Shown: positions 34,169 through 43,697 of the stretch, piece after piece | Position numbering within the stretch: position 1 is the stretch's first letter | Layout of the letters: each line of letters starts with the position of its first letter | NCBI GenBank assembly: GCA_950097015.1 | Contig: CATNEN010000037.1 | Coordinates: 1,426,001 to 1,490,000, forward strand | Direction: 5' to 3' | Source: Macrostomum hystrix | Lineage: Eukaryota > Animalia > Platyhelminthes | DNA length: 64,000 nt | Notes under the pieces: generated by a model | Database searches by the model: none | What the model was told of the DNA's origin: nothing | The model's input: only the letters and a program-made list of their open reading frames with translations | Position numbers and translations under genes: made by a program

Positions 34169-34242
34169 GGTTGCTGCTGTTGCGGTTGCTGCTGCTGCAA
34201 TTGTTGCTGTTGCTGCTGCTGCGGCGGCTGCTGCTCATACAT
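31141..34242 (-). CDS. PLSCR: Phospholipid scramblase (PLSCR family) with polyQ N-terminus, 5 exons: 34242-33927, 33827-33750, 33253-32928, 31991-31833, 31179-31141 (305 aa)
   Basis: GLRYLMQVDQLLIKQ, ARNCCGPSRAF, VEAPPGQLVG, TDADNFGITFPMDL, IGACFLI|DFMFFE. Phases sum to 918 nt. Confidence 0.92.
33405..33695. repeat. 38-bp minisatellite in scramblase intron 2
   Basis: AGAGGGGAAGACTGGTCCTCAGAGTTCCCTGGAATGGG, about 7 copies. Confidence 0.95.
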
Positions 34243-35342
34243 TCCAAGACGAATAAGAAAAGTCTGTGTTCAGCTCCAACAGCCGAGGCTAGCTGTAGCT
34301 TAGCTGGGAGCTAGTTCAGGAATGAGACAAAGAGTGTTTTAAGGTGCGTTTTCTCTGCCTAAGAGAGGAAGTGAGTAAGAGAAGTGGCAAAACATTTAAG
34401 AGAGAAAAGTGAGTACCATCTCTAGAGGGACTGTCCCTAAAGTCATTGGCTGACAATTCGGAATAGGGTTAGACAGGCAGGCAGATATGGGCGCAGAATT
34501 TCTGAGAGCACGAGGCTCAACAATACGAGGCTCGTACGCGTGAGCTCATGGCATTGTGCAAGAAAATTTCTATAACAGCGCAGTTCGTAAACAAGCTAGC
34601 AAGAAACCTGCAGTGTAAAGTGTTCCTCGCGAAGTACCCAACGTACTGCAGATGTACATGTCCAGTCTCAAAACTGTGCTCAGGCGTGGGTGAGAGAGAA
34701 CTGAAGATTTAATTAATTGTGTTCCGTATTTGTCAGTTTGTTAAAATTTTAAGCTTAACTTTGCTTTGTAAAGTAAAAAATGTGATATTTAATGAGCAAA
34801 AGTTTATGGAAAAATATGATGTAGCTATTATAGATGAATCGTTGTGGTGTACTTATTTCATGTTTAAATGAGCGGTCATAAAATAGAATGAGCAACTGCG
34901 GGTTTGATGACGGTGTCAAAGAGCCTTTTGAACGGACATAAAGAAAAGACATAAACTCGTACGAGTTTATGTACGAGTTTATGTACTGATCTACGAGTAC
35001 TCGTAGATCAGTTCAAGCTATTAAAAAATAGCCTATAGCTGGCTGTTAGCCTATAGCTAGCCTATAGCCAAAAAAATGCACGCTTAGTTTCGTTCTTTTC
35101 ACGCGCAGAATGTACATACTAAAGCCACACTCCTATCCCCTCTCTTACAGCCACCCCACTCCATGCGTCCGTTCTTTCTCTGCTTTTTCAATCATTCGTT
35201 CAATTTTAGCGCGTTCTAATTGGCTGGCAATTTTTGTTAACTTGCCAAGTAAAATAACATTCAATTACTTTTAATTACGAATAAATTTGCGAAATAATCT
35301 ATTGCTAATCGAGAAATCATCTAGCCTCATTCTTATTTTAAA

Positions 35343-35732
35343 ATGCGAAAGCTCCGTTCGAGATCGTGTCGGCTACATCAAGTCAAACGTACTGTCAGTG
35401 TAACCAGCTTTGCTAATGAAATCTTTTTCATTCTGCAAACACTGGCGACGGACAGCCAGCCGAAGCGAATCTCTTGTCAGGCTATGCAGGTGCTGGATGA
35501 TTTGCTGAGCGGCACCTTTGATCTACTGGCACAGTCGGCTGGCGCTTGGACCCGCCTGTCTGGCCGGCGAACCTTAACCGACGCTGATCTGGCGGTAGCC
35601 GTCGCCCACCTGCTTCCAGGTGGTCACGCGGCCCGGGCTCACCTGGCCGGCCGGAGAGCTCTGGAGCGAATTTCAGCTCCGGTGGGAATTAAATGCCAAG
35701 CTTATCACATTTCCAAGTCATCAAGGTTATAG
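35343..35732 (+). CDS. Highly divergent histone H2B-like variant (129 aa, intronless)
   Basis: ISCQAMQVL...FDLLAQSA...RRTLT..D..AV..LLPG..A..A...G..A aligns along the whole H2B histone fold (about a quarter of residues identical by hand alignment). No histone 3' stem-loop seen; AATAAA at ~35908. Confidence 0.8.
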   Translation: MRKLRSRSCRLHQVKRTVSVTSFANEIFFILQTLATDSQPKRISCQAMQVLDDLLSGTFDLLAQSAGAWTRLSGRRTLTDADLAVAVAHLLPGGHAARAHLAGRRALERISAPVGIKCQAYHISKSSRL

Positions 35733-36965
35733 GGGTTATTTGTATTTTTGGTACAGTGTAAGTTTCAAATGTAATTGAAACTCTACTTAATCATCCTGCT
35801 TACAAAAGTTTCAAGGGAAACTTTCCAATTTGACTATCTTTTACTATTTCTGTAAAAATATTCCTAATATACTACTTTGACTGTATTTCTGATCTGACGT
35901 TGGACAGAATAAATCGTTATTTCCAGTTTCGTATGCCCGAATAGACTTCAAATGAGTGTATTTACTTTTCTAATTGGAATAACCACTCAAACGGACTAAT
36001 ACAGCCAGAATCTAATATTAGGTAATTATGAAAGTTATGAATTTTCATAGTCATAATTATTTTCATAAATATGAATTTATAGCTAGCTTGCAAAGAAAAA
36101 TCATTCAGAAAACCAAGGATGATATACAATAACCTTGACTCCTGGAAAACGCACATTTTGAACAGTTGAATGTATATAGAAAACAGTAGCCTAAAGGAAC
36201 CAGGAAATATGAAATATTGGTTCATAAATCCTTGACAATGGCATTACAAAATATTATATTGTCAATTATCTATTTATAGAATCAATATAGAGTCGCCATA
36301 GATGTTTATGCAAATCAGTGTTAGTTATCCTTGTCACCATGAGAGTCTTTGACAAGAATTGCTAAATATCTCGACGATGCTGAAGTCATACGGTTTTGAA
36401 ATAGGGCGGAAATTTTTTATCTTTCGGTTTGTGAGCTATCGTGAAGTAGGCAGTGGTCAGTCTACTGTAAACCTTTCACATTTTGTCCTACTAACTTATC
36501 CTGTTCTGTGACAAAGTACGCCTAGTATCAGGTGTAGATAACGCGATAGTAATCATCGTTTCAGAGAGGTTGTGGGCACTGATGCATCATTTGGCCACAG
36601 GTGGACCCGCAGTCAGCGAGGATGCAATTCTGCCCATTCCGCTGACTCCTGAGCACACACGCTTATGTCAGCGCCACAAATGAATGTGGCCCGCAATGGA
36701 TTCAAGATCAGGGACCTTGGTGTGATGGTCAAACGCGTAAATAACTGAAGACCTTAAGTTACAAGAGACATTCGCAACGGTTTTCTTTATCCAAGTGAAT
36801 TAGCAAACTGCTTAACTGCATCAATTCAGTCAGTCATTCTGATCCATTTCCTCCAATATTGATTTTATATTGATTTAAGTGTTCAGTAGTCACCGTCGCA
36901 CAAGTGTGCCTACAGCAGCAGCTCGTTTCAAAAGCACAGAGCGCGCCAAAGAAAGGCATAAATAG

Positions 36966-39900
36966 TTAAAAGACCATCTCGTGCGGCTTCTGGCCATTCT
37001 TCAGACTGAACAGGCTGCGCATGTAGTCAATCAGCAGGCTGTGGTCTGGCTCCGCCTTGATGGCGGACATCACCTGTGAGTCCACGGACTTCTGGTCCTC
37101 CTTGCGCTCCTCGATCAGCTGATAGTTGGCCTGCGGCTTGGCGAACGGGTCTGCTGCGGCTCGCTTCACGTTCCTCTCCTTGACCCTGCGGGTGATATTG
37201 CGCACACTTTCCCTTGGGCATTGATGTCTAGACCAGTTTCAATATTCATAACTCATTCACAATCTTCATTTCTCATTCAAAACCTTCATGGCTCATTCGC
37301 AACCTTCATGGCTCATTCACAATCTTCATTTCTCATTCAAAACCTTCATGGCTCATTCGCAACCTTCATGGCTCATTCACAATCTTCATTTCTCATTCAA
37401 AACCTTCATGGCTCATTCGCAACTTTCATGGCTCATTAACAATCTACATGGCTCATTCGCAACCTTCATGGCTCATTCACAACCTTCATGGCTCATTCAC
37501 AGCCTTCATGGCTCATTCACAGCCTTCATGGCTCATTCACAACCTTCATGGCTCATTCACAGCCTTCATGGCTCATTCACAGCCTTCATGGCTCATTCAC
37601 AACCTTCATGGCTCATTCACAGCGTTCATGGCTCATTCACAGCGTTCATGGCTCATTCATTATCTTCATGGCTCATTCACAATCTTCATGGCGCATTCAC
37701 AACCTTCATGGCTCATTCACAGCCTTCATGGCTCATTCATTATCTTCATTGCTCATTCACAATCTTCATGGCGCATTCACAACCTTCATGGCTCATTCAC
37801 AGCCTTCATGGCTCATTCATTATCTTCATTGCTCATTCATTATCTTTATTGCTCATTCATTATCTTCATGGCTCATTCATCATCTTCATGGCTCATTCAC
37901 AATCTTCATGGCTCATTCACAATCTTCATGGCGCATTCACAATCTTCATGGCGCATTCACAACCTTCATGGCGCATTCACAACCTTCATGGCTCATTCAC
38001 AGCCTTCATGGCTCATTCATTATCTTCATTGCTCATTCATTATCTTTATTGCTCATTCATTATCTTCATGGCTCATTAATTATCTTCATGGCTCATTCAA
38101 AACCTTCATGGCTCATTCGCAACTTTCATGGCTCATTAACAATCTACATGGCTCATTCGCAACCTTCATGGCTCATTCACAATCTTCATGGCGCATTCAC
38201 AATCTTCATGGCGCATTCACAATCTTCATGGCTCATTCACAACCTTCATGGCTCATTCACAGCGTTCATGCCTCATTCATTATCTTCATTGCTCATTCAT
38301 TATCTTCATGGCTCATTCATTATCTTCATGGCTCATTCACAATCTTCATGGCTCATTCACAATCTTCATGGCGCATTCACAATCTTCATGGCTCATTCAC
38401 AATCTTCATGGCGCATTCACAACCTTCATGGCTCATTCACAACCTTCATGGCTCATTCACAGCCTTCATGGCTCATTCACAGCCTTCATGGCTCATTCAT
38501 TATCTTCATTGCTCATTCATTATCTTCATTGCTCATTCATTATCTTCATGGCTCATTCATTATCTCCATGGCTCATTCATTATCTTCATGGCTCATTCGC
38601 AACCTTCATGGCTCATTCACAATCTTCATTTCTCATTCAAAACCTTCATGGCTCATTCGCAGCCTTCATGGCTCATTCACAGCCTTCATGGCTCATTCAT
38701 TATCTTCATGGCTCATTCGCAACCTTCATGGCTCATTCACAATCTTCATTTCTCATTCAAAACCTTCATGGCTCATTCGCAACTTTCATGGCTCATTAAC
38801 AATCTACATGGCTCATTCGCAACCTTCATGGCTCATTCACAATCTTCATGGCGCATTCACAATCTTCATGGCGCATTCACAATCTTCATGGCTCATTCAC
38901 AACCTTCATGGCTCATTCACAGCGTTCATGGCTCATTCACAGCGTTCATGGCTCATTCACAGCCTTCATGGCTCATTCACAACCTTCATGGCTCATTCAC
39001 AGCGTTCATGGCTCATTCACAGCGTTCATGGCTCATTCACAGCCTTCATGGCTCATTCACAGCCTTCATGGCTCATTCGCAACTTTCATGGCTCATTAAC
39101 AATCTACATGGCTCATTCGCAACCTTCATGGCTCATTCACAATCTTCATGGCGCATTCGCAACCTTCATGGCTCATTCACAATCTTCATGGCGCATTCAC
39201 AATCTTCATGGCTCATTCACAACCTTCATGGCTCATTCACAGCGTTCATGGCTCATTCACAGCCTTCATGGCTCATTCACAACCTTCATGGCTCATTCAC
39301 AGCGTTCATGGCTCATTCACAGCCTTCATGGCTCATTCACAGCCTTCATGGCTCATTCATTATCTTCATTGCTCATTCAAATAGGGATTGGTCACCTCCT
39401 GAAGTAGGCATCGTTGACTCTCTCGGGCAGGCTGACTCCGCTGACATTGATCCGCGTCCTCGTGGCAATGACGTAGCTCTGCGTAACCCGACGCAGCGGG
39501 CAGCCGTTGAGCTTCAGCGGCCCGGTGACAAGCAGCAGACCGCTAGCAAGCTGGCGCAGGAACACCACCCGCTTGCCGCGGTGGCGCCCAGCCAGCAGGA
39601 TGAGCACGGTGCCCGGAGTGATGGAGGCCCGCAGGCGGCGCCGATGATCCTTGAAGCACTTCGTTGGACGAAGCAGCGTCCGACGCTGCGGGACACTGGT
39701 TGGCAGGCTCCTGGGCGAACGGTGACTCGGCACCAGCCGCTTTCCACCGTTCTTATCACCGCCGACGGCCTTCTCGGTCAGCTTCACCTTGGAGGCATCG
39801 GCGGCCCCGGCCGAGGAAGACTTGCCGCTGCCTTTGTTCAGCTTCTTCTTGATCCTATAGATGGCCTTGCGCTGGAACATCCTGGCACGGCTGAACTTCA

Positions 39901-40061
39901 TCAGCACCGTGCCGCTGAGGGCCTCGTTGCGACTGCGTCCGCTTTTTGCAGACTTTGTCTTCTTCTTCCCTGCACCGCCGCCTCCCGCTGCTTGCTGAAA
40001 TAAATATCATTGAGGAAATTGATGCCCCTGGAGTCACATCGTATTTTACGTTTGTTCCCAT
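36966..40061 (-). CDS. RPL6: 60S ribosomal protein L6 (eL6); exons 39994-39396 and 37227-36966, tentative first exon 40061-40050
   Basis: [58 protein letters not shown]...DAYF and [11 protein letters not shown]...[19 protein letters not shown]. Phase-2 junction AG|A is consistent. Confidence 0.95.
37240..39380. repeat. 20-bp minisatellite (TTCATGGCTCATTCACAACC and variants, ~107 units) filling the RPL6 intron
   Basis: Continuous tandem array occupying almost the whole intron 37228-39395. Confidence 0.97.
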
Positions 40062-40492
40062 AGAGTTTTATTCTCAGATATGTCTTTCCGGTGTTTTGTT
40101 TCCGCAGTGAGACCACATTAAATTGGGGCGCAGCCGCGGAGAGAAGGCTTGGGGGCTTGTTGTGCAATTTAGGCCATTGAGGGCCAACCTCCAAGGCACA
40201 ATAAAGGTGTACACTGCCTGACGTTGAGAAAGTCAGGGCAGATGTACACACCTGTGTGAGCGTGTGCCTGCGAACATTATCTGTGTGCGTGTGTGCTCAG
40301 GATTCAGCGAAATGGGCAGAATTGCCTCCTCGCTGGCTGCGGGTCTAGTGTCACCAAATGATGTGCTATTGCCCGCAGCCCTCCTGCAATTATTAATATT
40401 AATATTATTGTTATTATTTTTATTTTTATTATTTACTCCCTGATTTATCCCCACAGACTCTCATTCCTAGATTTATTCCCAATGAGTTTTAT

Positions 40493-41477
40493 TTAAATCG
40501 CAAATTTTCCTTGCAGAATCGTCTGCCCATATTCGCCCTACAAAGACTTCTTCCCCAAACCTTTGACTTGATTCGGCTCACCTGTGCCTGGTACTCCTTG
40601 TGCTTCTCCACCACCTCTTGTTTTGGCACCAGTCCGAGGGTGTTGCAGAACTCGTCATAAGTTATTGTGCCACTCTGGTCTTCGTCGAATAGATTCAACC
40701 ACTTCTTCACAAAGGTGTCCTTGTAGTTCATCTTCTTACAGTAGCTGTTTGCGATTTCAAATCATTGGGTCATTTTTTAATTATAGGCGAATAATTGGTC
40801 CTGCTTACACTGAAAATAGACACGTGTTACTCACGCCTCCAGCTCTTCAACCGAGATCTCTCCGGAATGGTCGGTGTCTATGGCCTGGAAGGCCTTGTGA
40901 AAGTCCATGCCCGGCTCCTTGGATGTCGGAGAGATGAGCGAAGTCAATCGAAATGAAAGATTAATAATATTATTACGTATTTTAATTATCAGTTAAGCGA
41001 TTGGTAACGATAGTCTACTGGTAATCTATGGAGACCTCAAGGTCAAGTTAGTGGTGAGTAAGGGCCTGAATGTCAGGTTGGGTAATTGAGTCAGGCCATG
41101 AAATAATTGGGATAAAAGAATGAGGTCCTGGACGTCAGGTAGGATACTGAATGAAGCCATGAAGGTCAGGTGTGTTTATTATTGAAGCCCTTAAGGTCAG
41201 GTGGGTCGTGAATGAGGCCCTTGAGGGTATTTGAATACCCATTTGAATATGGTAGTATTTAAGGTCAGCTATAGGTGGGTAGTGCATGAGGCCCTGAAGG
41301 TCAGGTCGGATAGTAGTGATTGAAGCCCTCAAGGTCAGGTGGTGTGGCGAGTCAGGCCATGAAGGTCAGGTGGGGTAGTGAATGACGCCCTGAGGGGCTT
41401 GTTAGGTGTTTGAATCACACAAAATCAGTAACAGCGAATATTGTGTTAATCCTTAACACTGAATCAGAACTTACCAT
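40493..41477 (-). CDS. Small two-EF-hand Ca2+-binding protein resembling the EF-hand domain of flatworm tegumental allergen-like (TAL) and 8-kDa calcium-binding proteins; exons 41477-41475 (ATG), 40917-40835, 40744-40582, probable last exon 40537-40493
   Basis: FQAIDTDHSGEISVEEL..YC and WLNLFDEDQSGTITYDEFC..LGL. First exon ends ATG|GTAAGT. The C-terminal exon choice is uncertain. Confidence 0.8.
41030..41400. repeat. Degenerate ~40-bp minisatellite in EF-hand gene intron 1
   Basis: Recurring GAAGGTCAGGT...GAATGA.GCCC units. Confidence 0.75.
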
Positions 41478-43697
41478 ATTGTATCCAAAACTTTCCCAGC
41501 GATTATTAGCTGCTGTCTGCTTCCAACTGACTTGCTACAGCTCCTCTGTTGCTCTCCAAGGCAAGCCTTTCGGTCCAGATCCGAAGCCTTTATTCGTCGG
41601 CGCAGAGGAGTAAATTTTAAGCCGGCCCTAAAAGATGCTTTAGTTTTCTTTCTCGAGATTTCTTTGAAAAAGAAACGAATTCGGGTCTTGTGCTGGGCAG
41701 CCAACCTCAAACACGCTGTACGAACCATTTTTTATTGCGCATCTCTCCTCTCTCTCATTCTCTTTATTTCTCTACAAAACCGGTGGTTGGGGTGGCTCCA
41801 TTGTTGCTGGCCAGATTTAGCGAGCACCTCACAACTATCCATACACAGCATGCACAGCACAGCAGCCATCGTGAGTTGAGCAGTTTTTTTGCGCATTCGA
41901 GTTCGGGCCTGCCCAGTTCCTGTGTGAGCGGCCAGCACCCACCCCACCCCCCCTGAGCCTTTGTCTCGAGTTGACTCAGCTGCATAATACCATTTTTCGA
42001 TTCATGTTCGCGTGCAGTTTACACTTAATGAGAGACAGAAAGATGAAGATTACGAAGTCTCAAAAATAGATAGGACAGAAGCTGATGCACTACTTGAATA
42101 AATATACAGACAACTTGCCGTTTTAAGCGATTTACACAGAGCAGTGGTACTTGTCCTTGTCACCAGTGTCTTCGACAAGAATCGCTGGATATCTAGACCT
42201 TCATCTTGCTAAAGTAAGTTTTATAGAAACTAAAAGGTTTGTTTTATTTACGAGTACATGTATTTCTTTAAATCACAACTCACCAGGTAAAACAGACAGA
42301 CACAATTGCTTCAGCGAAACAGTATTGTGAATTTATTCTGCTTTTTTCTACATTCAAAGCTCAAAAAAAAATAATAATAATTAACACTAGACCCAAGGGC
42401 CAGTGCAGGTGTTGTGTGTCAGGCGCACTAGCAGGTGGGGACTGCACACCTATTGTACTCCCCGGCTCTCTCGGACACCGGTTGACAGCCGCGTGTCAGC
42501 AATGGAATTTATTTTTCCAAACATATCGGCAGCATCCAAACCCCACAGAATTGCCGCACAGAACTGCTTTATTCCACGCCAGCCGGAATTATTATTACCC
42601 GACGAAATGTCGGTACTCATTTGCAGCTGAGTAGACTGTGTGCACATCAGGGCAAAGCAGCTTGCCAAAGGCTGCACGAATAGTTCTAGACTAGGTCGGG
42701 AGTCGAACCCAGGACCATCTGATCCAGAGTCCGACACCTTACTGACTGAGCTATCCGCCCTTCTCCTCAACTCCTCAATATGAGTATCGATAATCCATGT
42801 GCACAGGCCATGCACAGAAAAGCCATTCACTCAAGCACACAGGAAACATGAAGCCTGCGCAATTCAGCAAAAAGCTATATTTAAAAGCGTACTTGCTGCA
42901 AATTGGCAGGTGATCTACATTAGTTTTTTCTGACGTACCGAAAATGGAATATTATGGCATTAGTTACAGTTTCATAGTAACTATGGTAAATAGGCTGCTG
43001 ATCGTATAGACCTCGCTAAAATTTTGTTTTTAAAGCATTAACGTGTGTGCTCAGTCAGCGAAATGGGCAGAATTGCCTCCTCACTGGCTGCAGTTCTAGT
43101 GTCAACAAATGATGTGCAATTGCCTGCAGTCCTCCTGAAATTATTATTATTATTTTTTTTATTATTATTATATTATTGTCATTTTTCTTATATTATTATT
43201 ATTACTTTGTTCTTACGAGTATCATTAACCTGATTCAGTAAAAAATCTCTGAGTTCGCAGACATTGTTATTTTGTTAAAAATTCCATCTGAAAGTTGTTT
43301 TATATTTGTTTAAATATTTATGGTCCTTGGTCCTTGGTCCTTCTACTATTAATTAACATAGTGCTTATTATGTCACAGCTATTGGCACTTTGTTTAGATA
43401 ATTGCTTGTACTATTACTTGACGGTTCTGTATCCGTATCAAGGACTACTAAAACAACACTTGTGTTGTTTTAGTAGTCCTTGATCCGTATTTCTAAACGA
43501 AATATTTCCAATGACTTGAAAAAAAGAAGTGAAATAAAAAACTTTGGGAAGCGGTTAGTAATGACATTCGTATGTCACCGCTGCTACCAAATTAAACTGG
43601 CCTTTTCAGTTTGCTCTTCTTATTTTCTTAAAAACGAACAATTAGTAAAGAAAAATAGCATAAAATAATCAGTAAGAGTCCGCAAAATGAAGAATAG

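Noticed and set aside
37221-40003. Long plus-strand ORFs (851, 639, 263 aa, MAHSQ repeats)
   Set aside because: They are translations of the 20-bp intronic minisatellite, antisense to RPL6; stop-free only because of unit composition.
42690-42770. tRNA-like sequence (GGATAGCTCAG...GGTTCGACTCCCG, minus strand); similar heads at ~15945, 32400, 59100
   Set aside because: They continue into SINE body sequence and the acceptor stems do not close; these are SINE heads, not tRNA genes.
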